In this document: positions 1 to 10,586 of the stretch, one piece after another
How positions within the stretch are numbered: position 1 is the first letter of the stretch
Layout: the number at the start of each line of letters is the position of its first letter
Source of the DNA: Schizochytrium sp. TIO01
Taxonomy: Eukaryota > Protista > Bigyra: Labyrinthulomycetes
Direction: 5' to 3'
Assembly: GCA_004764695.1 (NCBI GenBank)
Contig: SMSO01000036.1
Coordinates: forward strand, 1,488,001-1,552,000
Length of the DNA: 64,000 nucleotides
Position numbers and translations under genes: made by a program
Notes under the pieces: generated by a model
Told to the model about the DNA's origin: nothing
Databases searched by the model: none
The model's input: only the letters and a program-made list of their open reading frames with translations

Positions 1-135
1 CGTTTGAGAGTCATGAATGGCCAACTGACTTTTATTGTGATTGATTTGGTATGGATGGCTATGCACATATAATGCATGATAAAATTGCATTTGTAAAACC
101 CATGAATTCTCGAAATGAAAATGAACACATATTAG

Positions 136-1175
136 GCGTCTTCACGGAATTAATCCAAAAATGTGGTGTTAAGAACATTCAGGTCGAGGAGCTATATAGC
201 CTGGATGATGACTTCTCACACATGAAGCCCATGTATGGATTGATTTTTCTCTTTAAGTGGAGACCCGAGCAGGATGACCGTCCCACCGACGTTGGCTGTG
301 ACGAGGAGCTCTTCTTCGCTCGGCAGATGATTACCAACGCATGTGCCACACAGGCTCTGCTGTCTATTCTGCTGAACATTCGGTCGGACGAAGTTGATAT
401 TGGCGACAGCCTGCAGAACTTCAAAGACTTTGTGATTGCTATGCCTCCAGATATGCGTGGCGAGGCAATTAACAACTTAGATAATGTTCGGTTGGCTCAT
501 AATAGCTTCAACCGCCCAGAGCCCTTTCTCCCGGACAAGAAAGAGGTAGCAGGACCTGATGACGACGTTTTTCACTTCATCGCATATATTCCATTCAAAG
601 ACAAGATATATGAACTCGACGGTCTGAAGCCTGGGCCGATTTGCCTTGGTGATCTCAATGAGGGCCAAGACTGGATTGAGGCCGTTGCCCCTCATATTCA
701 AAGTCGCATTGCGCGCTATGCAGCATCCGAAATTCGCTTTAATCTTATGGCTGTTATCAAGGATCAGCGTGTAGTACTTCAGGACAAAATTGATGAGTGT
801 GCGACACGCACTGAGACGTTGGAAGCGGTGCTCGATGGTCATGATGATGTGATTGCAGATGAGAGTTTTACCACAGTTGAACTGGAAGACACTGAGGGCT
901 TCGAGCAACTGGTGTATGGAAATGACTTGCCGTCCCTATGCGCGCAGCTTCGCGCCGAGCGGACACGCAAGATGGAGCTAGTGCCTACTCTAGAAGAGGT
1001 CGAAATGAAATTTTCCAAATGGCACAACGAGAACATTCGTCGGCGACACAACTATATTCCTCTCTGTGTAGCAATGCTCAAGCTTCTTGCTAAGGAGAAG
1101 AAACTTGAGCCACTCATTGAAAACGCTCGCGAGCGTCAGAATGAACGTCGCCAAGCAGCGGCGAAGGGCAAGTAG
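136..1175 (+). CDS. UCHL5: Ubiquitin C-terminal hydrolase UCH37/UCHL5 (peptidase C12); 3' exon, first exon lies upstream of the window
   Basis: GVFTELI, YGLIFLFKW, FFARQMITNACATQA (catalytic Cys), FHFIAY (His), YELDGLK (Asp) and C-terminal ENIRRRHNYIP. The ORF-track N-terminus is AT-rich and ends in ATTAG at 131-135, a likely acceptor splitting the conserved Gly codon. Confidence 0.93.
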
Positions 1176-1685
1176 TATTATATTACAAGAGACATTTAAG
1201 CAACCTTTCATGTTGTAAATGATAGAAATACATACGATTGCACGTTTGATTCATTGGTTGTTCTAGACCTCTCTAATTGTTTCTGAATTCTCCTTTGATC
1301 ATATTTCTGTTCTTATTGTTTTACTTTTATATTGACATAACGCCAATACATGACTTAATTTCCTTCAAAAAGTTTTGTAGACGTTTCAATTGAACCACGT
1401 GATAGAATAATTGTTTTGGCTTAGGTCCAATATTGCATGAAATCATTAATTTATAAAGTGAAGGTTTTCGCAGACATTCTCGAATCAAGAACCAAGTTCT
1501 ATATTGATCAGTACCAGTGTAATGCCACAGTTATTCACACGCACAAAACAAGAAACAAATAAACAGTTAAGGAAAAAGAAACTCGTGTCATCGTAAGAGA
1601 AGGGGAATATACTGTTGTATACTTACCATCTAATCAGAAATGTATAATGTTTGACTTGATCTTGTACAAATTTAAGTATATACTT

Positions 1686-2690
1686 TTACACAGGTGTTAA
1701 TTCTTGTGCACGAATCTCCCGCGGATTATTCTGGTTGTCCAGATCATCATCGTAGTCCTCCATGCCATCCTCTATACGGCCTTCCGGCTCATGACGCCGA
1801 CAGAAGCTGCGGTACTCTCTAGCCACAGCAGCATTGCATCCATAAACAAGAGCATTGGCGAAACCTTGGAGCGGCGAGAATATTGCATGCATAAGAGCCG
1901 CCCAGTACCAAGGTTCATCCGAAAAGAAGTTGTGTGACCGGTGAATTACACTCCAAACACGAAACCAGACGAATACTACAAGATAAAGGCGTAATCTACG
2001 TGTAACAACTGATGCATGCTCTTGATGCTGAATGGTGTTGCTAATCAGGAGGTATTTTACAGCTGTATAGCAAAACACCATGAGCAAAGGTAAATAGTAG
2101 CAAAAGAAACGAATCGTTTGGCGATCTTTCTTAATCCAGCACCAAATACCTCCATCACCAAAAGATAAAGTTCCAGCACATATCACAACTAAGACTGCAG
2201 GAACTCCCCAACAAAAGATATGATATTTCTGTTCGTAGCCCTCAACCTCGCGACCTTTGTTATGAACCAAAACAGCAAAAACATTGTATGCAATCACAGC
2301 GATCCACAAAAAAGCAGCCACGTCAAAGAATTGTGTCATGACAGACGCAGTATAGCAACCGACTGTAGAGCTACACACGTGTGCATTGCTTAAGTTCATC
2401 CCTGCAAGACCCACAAAATATGCTACACTAGATCCAAGATTTGCTACACTCAAAAGCATTACAAGGCGATACGGAAACGTTCGAATGGGAGCCAGCATCA
2501 CATAGGACACAATAATGAATAGGGTTCCTGCAATTGAGAGGCCTGCACCTGTCAACGTTGCGACTCGCAAAGTATGTGTCTCTGCCTCGCTGAAGCTAGA
2601 TGAACAGAGGCCCGAAGAGGAGTTCCCGGACGCCAAGCTCCTAACATTGTTCCAAACTGCAAGATCAGCTACTACATCATGATCACACAT
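1686..2690 (-). CDS. 7TM GPCR, GCR1 / Dictyostelium cAMP-receptor-like family
   Basis: Seven hydrophobic segments; LSIAGTLFII, YRLVMLLSVA, YHIFCWGVP, WCWI, YYLPL, PLQGFANALVYG. First in-frame ATG at 2690. Confidence 0.85.
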   Translation of the reverse strand: MCDHDVVADLAVWNNVRSLASGNSSSGLCSSSFSEAETHTLRVATLTGAGLSIAGTLFIIVSYVMLAPIRTFPYRLVMLLSVANLGSSVAYFVGLAGMNLSNAHVCSSTVGCYTASVMTQFFDVAAFLWIAVIAYNVFAVLVHNKGREVEGYEQKYHIFCWGVPAVLVVICAGTLSFGDGGIWCWIKKDRQTIRFFCYYLPLLMVFCYTAVKYLLISNTIQHQEHASVVTRRLRLYLVVFVWFRVWSVIHRSHNFFSDEPWYWAALMHAIFSPLQGFANALVYGCNAAVAREYRSFCRRHEPEGRIEDGMEDYDDDLDNQNNPREIRAQELTPV

Positions 2691-2962
2691 TGCTCTACAC
2701 ACGTATGCATGCACTCGAAGGAGGCTAGACTGAATGGAACCAGGCCCAAAGAGGTTTTGGGTTCCAGGTTTTGTTGAGCTGGGTCGTAGTGATTGCTGAT
2801 TCTATCACAAGACTACTTGTAAAAAAATAAATAAAAATCTATCTAAGAAAACGAAAATGAAAACAGCCCATTCTGCAGAATAGAAACTCTCGTGTTGCGG
2901 AAAAGTCTAAGAAGAAGACCACAACCGCTCGGGCCTTTGTTAGAAGCTAACTTGCTGAAGTG

Positions 2963-3340
2963 ATGGACGTGGCAAATGAGAGATGGTCTCCAAGTGGTAG
3001 CGAAGACTTTGAGTTGCTTAGAGAAGAGGCAAATCTTTTACTGGGACAAGCTACTGTCCAAGGTGCTTTGCAAGAGCACGAGCAGGCGAGTGGAGGGGAG
3101 GCAGAACAGGCACAAGAGCACAGCGTTTCTTCTGACGATAATCTTGCTGGTTTTGAGGGTACAGATACTTCGGCCTCGTTGCCAGCAACCTCGTCGACGT
3201 TGCGGCTGGCACAGAAGATCAACTTGTTGCTTCCTCGTTTGAGTGGACAAGATGTTAATGCGCTTCTTGGCTTGCTCCGCAGTCGTGAAACTCTGGTGGT
3301 GAAAATGCTTGAGGAGCTTGGTGAGCCCGACGCGTCTTGA
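2963..3340 (+). CDS. Hypothetical small acidic protein
   Basis: 125-codon ATG ORF with coding-like composition, divergent from the GPCR gene; no recognisable motif. Confidence 0.45.
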   Translation: MDVANERWSPSGSEDFELLREEANLLLGQATVQGALQEHEQASGGEAEQAQEHSVSSDDNLAGFEGTDTSASLPATSSTLRLAQKINLLLPRLSGQDVNALLGLLRSRETLVVKMLEELGEPDAS

Positions 3341-3647
3341 GGTCTTGAGACAGATATATATTTTGCAATTTGATAGTTGGTTTTGTCCGCTAAAGCTTTG
3401 CTGGTATTTTTATTCATGGCTTGATGTTCGAAGCCTTAACATTCAATGAAATCCTTAGATGCTGATTATGCAGGTGCAAAAGCAGAGGAAATATGTTTAG
3501 ATATATTTGTGTTATAGCGAGTATTTCATATGAAGAAGAGACCTAATTTTCCACAAATAATTGTGTATTGGGTCCGCTAGCGATTGGAGTTTTGCACTGA
3601 GAAAGTAAGGAGGGAGACAGAGAGAGAGTTCACATTCGGAATTTAGT

Positions 3648-4776
3648 TTACTCTTCCCGTAGCGCAGCCAAGAGGCGTACAATGTGATCAAGGGAGAGCT
3701 GCGATCCACGGTGAGCTCCAATCTCAATGAGAAGTTGCTCCATATCCCCTTGCAGAGGATAAATACCTAGGTTGTTCAAAACATGCTCGAGCTGGCCTCC
3801 GAGTACAAATCCAGCCTGCTTTGTATCAACCTGACCAAATGCTGTTCGAATATCATCATATTCCTCTATATCGAAGCCATGGAGCAAGGTACTGTCCTTT
3901 CCTATAGCATAGTGTCCACTTGGACTCTGGCCCAAAGTTCCAGCGCTACTTTGTCCGTTCTTCTGACGTGCAACATGCAAGGCATCCTTAAGAACCTGAT
4001 TTGGGTCATCTAGACCAAGACGCGGCAAAGTGAACTTCTGCTTCTGTGAGATACCCGCGGAGAAACCCATCTGGTACTGCATCCTTTGGAGCATCAAAGT
4101 AGCTTCCGCATTTTGCTGAGCCTTCTACCCATTCTGCTTCTAATACTTTGCCAGTATCGACAAAAAAGTACCGCCCAGGACCATGTTTTACCCCTCTGTC
4201 GAAGTGACCTTCGTACCAATTGCCATTAGCATACATCATGATACCTAGACCCGACCTTTCATCTTCAACAAACTCGCCGTCGTATTGGTCGCCATTAGAG
4301 TAGAATAGTTTGCCGCGCCCATGGCGTTTTCCATTTTGCCACTCTCCTTCGTACTTATCACCATTTGTATAAAAATGAATTCCAAGACCATGACGCTTGT
4401 TGGACTTCCATTCACCAGTATATTGTTTAACTAATTTCCCTTCCTCGCGCTTCCAGAGTGTACCTGTGCCATCCCTTTTATTATTCTTAAAGTCACCTTG
4501 GTACTTTGTACCTTTGGGCGACGTTTGAGTGCCAAATCCATGGCGACAATCTTCAAGCCAGTCTCCGGAATATGTGGCACCAGTCTTGAATTGAGCTGGT
4601 TGCGTAGCTGATACAAGAGCTCCGTCACGTTCGTATTCCTGATACTTCGGGTTCTTTTTCACCCAATATATTGTGTGCCTCGTACCTGACTTTTGTGCAG
4701 ACCGCTCATTCTTACGCCACAATGGCTCGAAGGGGACTTTGCCTGACTCTGACTTCTCTTCAAGCGTATCCGTCAT
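3648..4776 (-). CDS. MORN3-like MORN-repeat protein with C-terminal EF-hand-like domain; split over two frames (+1 change around 4035-4097)
   Basis: ORF 4006-4776 has about 7 MORN repeats (YxGxWxxxxRHGxG). Overlapping ORF 3648-4097 supplies FTLPRLGLDDPNQVL (MORN3-like tail) and IRTAFGQVDTKQAGFV...LNNLGIYP (EF-hand-like). Confidence 0.75.
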
Positions 4777-5678
4777 TGCGCAAAATCAGCTGGTCTCGAT
4801 GTCAAGCGAGCGGAGATAGATAGTTGCCTGCTCCCTTGCTCCACGTTGGCTTGGCGTCCACGCCACAGAGGAGTTTTGACGTCTAAAGAGTGGAAAGACG
4901 CCTCGAATCGCTCTCAAAGGTTCAAGTTCTCAAGCACAATGTTTCATTGAACATTGTGAAGAATCACAACTTTTATATCAACGGATCAATTACTAGAGTA
5001 GACTCTATTAGCCTAAGAGATATTAAGTGGGTATAGTATGTTTTACTGATGAGTATACTCCCGAGTAAGTAGTAGACTCTAACTACTAAGAAATATGGTA
5101 TACAGTATGCCAAAATAGTAAATACGTATACACTATGTATAGCACGTATTGTTGCTCTAATTGCTGAACCGAAGAAGTTGGTTTAGCTATAGAGAGAATA
5201 AAGTGACAAATGAGATATAGATTTGTGTTGTTATGGAGCTACCTCTTCATTTAAAGATATGATCACAGGATAATATCTGCATGTACAATACCATATTTAA
5301 CCGGGCAGATCCTTCTTATTATGAATAAGGAATAATCGAAAAATAGAGGAAAGAAAATTGTCATCATCTACATGACTCCTTACTTTAACCACTACTCAAA
5401 AGCAATACACCAGCAGTAAAAGTAACTGTACTGCACATTGTGCTCAGCATATGACACTACCTGCATAGTAAGCTATAAGATTCGCTTCGATCAAATATAT
5501 GAAGAAAATAATAAGACCACGATCGAATGAAGGCACGGGAAAAACAAAGGCCAAAACGCAGACTAGTGCTACTCCTCAGGTCTGGTGAACAGCTAAACAG
5601 AGACCAAACAAATTCAGCAAAGCTGTGGACAAGTCGTCAATTAAAGGGTAGGATGGAATATTTTAGAAAAAGCTTATC

Positions 5679-6536
5679 TTAGTTTTCTAGTGCGAGATCA
5701 AGGATACGAAATAGAACAGAGGAGGGCAGGGCAATGCCATCAGGTTTCAGGATATGAAGTGTGCGTTGAGAGGTTTTATCGACCACGACATGTACAATGC
5801 CGTCGAGCAGGCCCTGCTCGTGCAGGGTGGGATCGCGCACGAGCTGTATTTTGCTCTGCGATTCTGCGCGGAAGAGCCCGAATGTGTGTGCCACGGGATC
5901 CATGCACAGCTGCACATTTTCCCCGTGTCTCTGTCCATCTGTGTCCTCAACCACCACGTATTGTTCCACGCCAGTATCATCTGCCTCCTTGACCAGCTGC
6001 GGGAGTTTCAGGTCCTTCAGCGCTACTGTGAGTGCCTCAACAGCGGCGTCACGAGCTCCTCCGTCGTCTGCCAGCACGCAAACGTCTACGCAGATCACCA
6101 TGCACTCAGTGTTCTCCACAAGCGAGAGCGTCTCAAGGTCTACCATCTGCTGCATTAGCCGTCTCAACTCGCCCGAGACCTCCGCCTGAGCAGCATCAAG
6201 CCCATGCACAGTCACTGATACCCAGCCCTCACCGGGTCGTGTACTTAAAGGTGCTCCCACAAGCACGCGAGCGCCACAGACAACCCATGTTCCACCCATT
6301 CGCACGCTACTCGATGCATCAGGCGTTGCCAGATCGTTGTCGAGGGCCTCGTTGCCAGCGGAAATTGCTGCATCGGCGGCCAGCCAACCAGGTTGACGGA
6401 GCCGAGGCCGCGGCTCTAGCATGGAGCGCCCATCGGGGCGCACGCCCTGACTGAGAAGGCGCTCAAAGAAGGCGCGCGGGTGCAGGCGGCTCAAGGCATC
6501 GGCGGCCTGCGCGGCGCTCTCCTCCGCGACGCCCAT
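5679..6536 (-). CDS. RNA exosome RNase PH-ring subunit, RRP43/EXOSC8-like
   Basis: LHPRAFFERLLSQGVRPDGR, SSSVRMGGTWVVCG, VDLETL, VDVCVLADDGGARDA, LKDLKLP, DPTLHEQ. Confidence 0.8.
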   Translation of the reverse strand: MGVAEESAAQAADALSRLHPRAFFERLLSQGVRPDGRSMLEPRPRLRQPGWLAADAAISAGNEALDNDLATPDASSSVRMGGTWVVCGARVLVGAPLSTRPGEGWVSVTVHGLDAAQAEVSGELRRLMQQMVDLETLSLVENTECMVICVDVCVLADDGGARDAAVEALTVALKDLKLPQLVKEADDTGVEQYVVVEDTDGQRHGENVQLCMDPVAHTFGLFRAESQSKIQLVRDPTLHEQGLLDGIVHVVVDKTSQRTLHILKPDGIALPSSVLFRILDLALEN

Positions 6537-6617
6537 CGCGAAAGAAGAGGTTACCTCGAATTGGTTCTGCCTTCTTTGTGGCTTGGAGAGAGCACCTTAT
6601 CAGTGCCATTATGAGCG

Positions 6618-6690
6618 AATGAACGAAGGAATGAATGAATGAATGAATAAATAAATAAATGCATTATTAAATGTGTTATGAATGAATGTA
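6618..6690. repeat. (GAAT)n/(AAAT)n microsatellite
   Basis: gaatgaatgaatgaatgaataaataaataaat visible in the divergent intergenic region. Confidence 0.8.
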
Positions 6691-6753
6691 TGCCGAGGTC
6701 TTTCTTCTTTTGAACGGGTGATGCTCTAACTTCAAATCTGATCGCTCCAGACA

Positions 6754-6810
6754 TTCAAATTCAAACTCGAATTCAAATTCAAATTCAAATTCAAATTTGA
6801 ATTCAAACTC
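6754..6810. repeat. Tandem TTCAAA/TTTGAA hexamer array in a divergent promoter
   Basis: ttcaaattcaaactcgaattcaaattcaaattcaaattcaaatttgaattcaaa. Confidence 0.8.
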
Positions 6811-7260
6811 CGTCGTGAACTTTCAGAAATTCAAAATATCAAAGTTTCATTCCTTCGTGGCTCGTTCTACTAGCAGCAGATAGGTGCCTCTTAGTCCGAT
6901 GAGGAACCTCCTATCTGTTAGACCAAGCAAGAGGAGATAGAACAAACGAGACAGTTTGGAACAAGTGGGTTTTAGCATAATGGGGCAAATGAAGGCAAAG
7001 TGAAACAAACATGTCCACAGTAGACTATAGAAGGGTTTTAAGACAGCCCTTTCGTTATGGGCTAGGTAGAGCTTGCCTAGTACCGAAAATGAGTTGCGCA
7101 GGTGGCTGCTCGCAGATTCCGTCATGGTAATGATGAAGATGAAGATCATGGAAATTGGAAAGGTGCTCTTGAGCAGAACGGAAACAGGCGCTGAAGATCT
7201 GCAGGCGTGAGAGGGAAAAGATCAAGGCGAGGAGAAGCAATATTTGTCAATACGAAGATC

Positions 7261-7797
7261 ATGTTGCGACGCACGCTTATGCAAGTAAAGCACAAGGTGG
7301 ACGGCTCAGAAACGAGGATTCCGCTTGAGCTGTGGAGACAAACAGCGAATGTTGTGGTCGGAAGATGGGTGGCGCCTGAGGATAACCCGTATGGACTCAC
7401 GCCAGGATGTTACTCGTGGGGTGTGTGGCCGTTGGGAAAGCGTCATGCCTGGGCAGCGTACAGAATCCATGACCAAGCTGGGAATCTGAAAAATTACAGA
7501 TTTGATGCAGTGCTCAAGTCCTCGGCGGATCAACCAGACGAAGTTGAATTCTGGGACCTTTTGCTTGATGCCAATGTAACCAAGCGAGATGAAGGCAGAG
7601 AAGCTAGCGCATGGAACGTCGAATTTGAGGACATCGAGGAAGTTCAGGCTGCCCTCGAGGCAGACCTGCTCTCGGACGAGCAACAAGCTTCGATTGCCAA
7701 GTTCAGACACTCTCTGAGAAATGATCTCGTAAACGTCCTTGCCCATGTGGATCGAGAGATCGCTCTTGCAGAGCAGGATCAGAATGATAGCAAGTAG
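7261..7797 (+). CDS. DUF402-like protein
   Basis: QVKHKVDG, YRIHDQAGNLKNYRFD, VEFWDLLLDANV and FEDIEEV match the DLxLD...DxxE acidic pattern of DUF402. First ATG at 7261. Confidence 0.6.
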   Translation: MLRRTLMQVKHKVDGSETRIPLELWRQTANVVVGRWVAPEDNPYGLTPGCYSWGVWPLGKRHAWAAYRIHDQAGNLKNYRFDAVLKSSADQPDEVEFWDLLLDANVTKRDEGREASAWNVEFEDIEEVQAALEADLLSDEQQASIAKFRHSLRNDLVNVLAHVDREIALAEQDQNDSK

Positions 7798-8145
7798 TGT
7801 GCATAGTATACCAGGAAACTTTGTCTTTAATGTCCAAATTTGGAAACTGCATACCATGGTATTAAAAGTATACAACGATTGACTTGTTTTAGTGACCATG
7901 CGTAGGGTCCAGATCAACCAACAAAATTATGCCTGATTCAAAGTTAATAGAGTAAGCCACTAGGGTATTGCGATATGCATTAACACGAAATATACTCTCA
8001 TTATGTTTTTGTACCATACTAATTTCAATCGAGCTGGACTTTTGCCTCACAACCTTACCCGTAAGTACAATTTAATCTTAAGGTGAGGAGAAGCGTTTAC
8101 ATGTATGCTTCCAGAGAACGCTGAAAAATTAGGAATCATCCATTG

Positions 8146-9657
8146 TTACCATGAGCTCTTCATATCTGTGTACCAGGCAATGTCATTGTGTATTGCTGAT
8201 GATCTCCTCATACCTAGCACATAGGTAAAACCAATGTCAGTGATGCTCAACATATCCGTAATAAAGGTTATAATGAAAAACATTACACTGAGAAAAATCA
8301 CAAGGCCGAACACCGAGCTCAGAGCCTCATCCACTTCATCAACGTGGCCAGATAATGACGCAGCTACAGCCTTGGACCTCGAACCTCGCCGTTTTCGAGG
8401 ATGAGCTAGCCCTTCAACTGAATCATGACCATCGGACGTAACCGTAGTAGGCTGCGGTTCATTAGATGGATCACTCTGGTCTCCCTGTACTTCGTCGTGT
8501 GTTTCATTATCTTCTTCCACTTCCTCGCCTAACTCTGCTTGACTATCTTCAACATTCAGACTGTCCTCGCTCTCGCCATTATAGAATGGACATTCTTCTC
8601 CCCTTGCAGGATCCCATGTATCATCGAGTTCCTCGTCGCCCGGGGCAAACTCGCTGCCTTCTTCATCACCTTCGCTCGCAATATCCTCATCCAAAGCTTC
8701 CTCTTCGAGGCCCAAGTCCTCTTCATCGCTGTACTGTTCCCCATACATGAGGTAGTCCTCTTCGTCATTTACTTCATCAGCATCAACTTGGTCGAGTAAA
8801 CCAATCTCAGAATCAGTAACTTCTTGGGCAAGAGCAGGTGAAAAGTCGGAGTCCGATGCCTCGTACTCCTCAGCAACAGCAACATCTACACGACGCACCA
8901 CACCTCTAACAGGCGCCTGGGTTTGATCATGCTTGTGGTAAATGCGTTTAATCTTAGGCTTGTTGCCTGCAGGGTGCTTAGGTTCTATGTTCATGCTGTC
9001 CGAAATGTCTTTGAACTCAAGCAGGAATGGAATGATGACAGTATCAAGATATTCCAGCTTGAATTCTCGCAAAGACTGCACGTATAAGTGATCCATATCT
9101 GCAAATGCCTCAATCGCTTGGTTGAAGGCTGCAAGATTTGCTCGCTTTGCCGACTTTGGGAGATCATGCCGCTGATCGAAGCCCATGTATGCGTTGTGGA
9201 TGATCTCATCCGTCCGTGCCGCCACTTCAACATCGTCAAGCCATCCCAACTTATCAACAATTGCGCACACCGCAGAGCCATCTCGCAAATCACTCAAAAA
9301 AACATCGTGCGAAAACCCACGGACTCGAAGTCCACTCAATCTGCTCAGCCAGTTGGCCAAAGCGCGGCGTGTCATGGCCGAGAGCTCATCCGTGCTGACT
9401 AGACTCCACGTGCTTACCGTAGATCCCACAGAGTCTCGACGTTGCTTTCTTGATTTAGAACGCATATCCGGTTGGGATCCGGCACGTTTTGAGCGAGACT
9501 CTTTGGAGTCCCAAAGATCCTCGGAAAAACTTGTTCTGCTGGCATTTTTGTGGGTGCGTGTCGCACCTTCACGTTCGGCTTTGACTTCTCCTTGGTCTAA
9601 TTTCCTCCTGCTTGGCCCTTTCGGGTGAAGTGGTGGAGTTCCTTTGGAGACTTTCAT
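8146..9657 (-). CDS. Calponin-homology domain protein with long acidic region and C-terminal transmembrane anchor
   Basis: LANWLSRL...FLSDLRDGSAVCAIVDKL...RANLAAF (CH-like); D/E-rich middle; hydrophobic VFGLVIFLSVMFFIITFI about 35 aa from the end. Confidence 0.7.
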   Translation of the reverse strand: MKVSKGTPPLHPKGPSRRKLDQGEVKAEREGATRTHKNASRTSFSEDLWDSKESRSKRAGSQPDMRSKSRKQRRDSVGSTVSTWSLVSTDELSAMTRRALANWLSRLSGLRVRGFSHDVFLSDLRDGSAVCAIVDKLGWLDDVEVAARTDEIIHNAYMGFDQRHDLPKSAKRANLAAFNQAIEAFADMDHLYVQSLREFKLEYLDTVIIPFLLEFKDISDSMNIEPKHPAGNKPKIKRIYHKHDQTQAPVRGVVRRVDVAVAEEYEASDSDFSPALAQEVTDSEIGLLDQVDADEVNDEEDYLMYGEQYSDEEDLGLEEEALDEDIASEGDEEGSEFAPGDEELDDTWDPARGEECPFYNGESEDSLNVEDSQAELGEEVEEDNETHDEVQGDQSDPSNEPQPTTVTSDGHDSVEGLAHPRKRRGSRSKAVAASLSGHVDEVDEALSSVFGLVIFLSVMFFIITFITDMLSITDIGFTYVLGMRRSSAIHNDIAWYTDMKSSW

Positions 9658-10586
9658 ATTAGATTACCAGCAAAGATCCTAGCCGCAAGGCGTCTCAGTT
9701 GTTGCGCAGTTTTTAAGTTGGCTTGTGCAGACGAGGGTTCTTGCCTTAGGCAGCCCAATGGATCCCAAGCCCAACCTTCGGCCTGCTCTCTCGTCTGTGC
9801 GTTTATACCCAGAAGATTTAATCCTGTGCAATAGCCCACAGGAGTCCCTCGCAGCACAGAAGATCCCCCCGCAAGCAAGCGGAGTTGACTCGCTCCCGCG
9901 GGCTTGATTGGCTTTCTGATTTCTGATAATCATCCCTGCACGCGCACACTCAGCAGAGCTTACTTGTATCAACACGATAATAGCAACACTGTCTATAATT
10001 ATAACGCAAATAGCGCTAAGCAAACGCTACCACTTTCTACCAACACCTAGTGAACAGAAGAGAGCGAAAAAGAAATCAATTGGAAAGAGAGGCGCATATA
10101 TTGGTATCTACAACCCCTCGTAGGACCCCGTTGAATCAAACTTGCAGGTCTTAAACCGAATGAATTGTATAGTACTTTTGCATTGACGTAATTATTGCAC
10201 GAAACGACGCATGCATCCTCTCAAAGTCATCTGGGCAACATCATATGCTCATGCACTGGGGTCCTTATCCTCTTCTTTTCTGCCCAATCACCTTCCTTGC
10301 GCAGGTGCTCGGATCATCTCCACAGCCCAACAGCGTGTTTATTATTATAAATTATTTTATTTTTTAACAAATGGAGTGAGTGAATGAATACGAAGACGAA
10401 AAGGGCCTAAAAAACAGACCCATTTGAAAAGAAATATGAGCGTAAATGGGTTTCGCAAACCGCGGCGAGGAGATCAAAGAGCGGCCTGCTTCGCTCCAGT
10501 TCGCTCACGCGGAGACCCGGATTGCGAGGCGGTGGAGCGATCTTGGAGGCGACGGAGTACGCCGCAAGGGCTTTGAGGCAGGCAAG

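Noticed and set aside
51-135. ORF-track N-terminus of UCH37
   Set aside because: AT-rich, lacks the conserved W..IESDP motif and ends in an AG acceptor; interpreted as intron.
6754-6810. Repeat array as CRISPR or telomere
   Set aside because: No spacers or cas genes, eukaryotic context, internal location and a non-telomeric unit.
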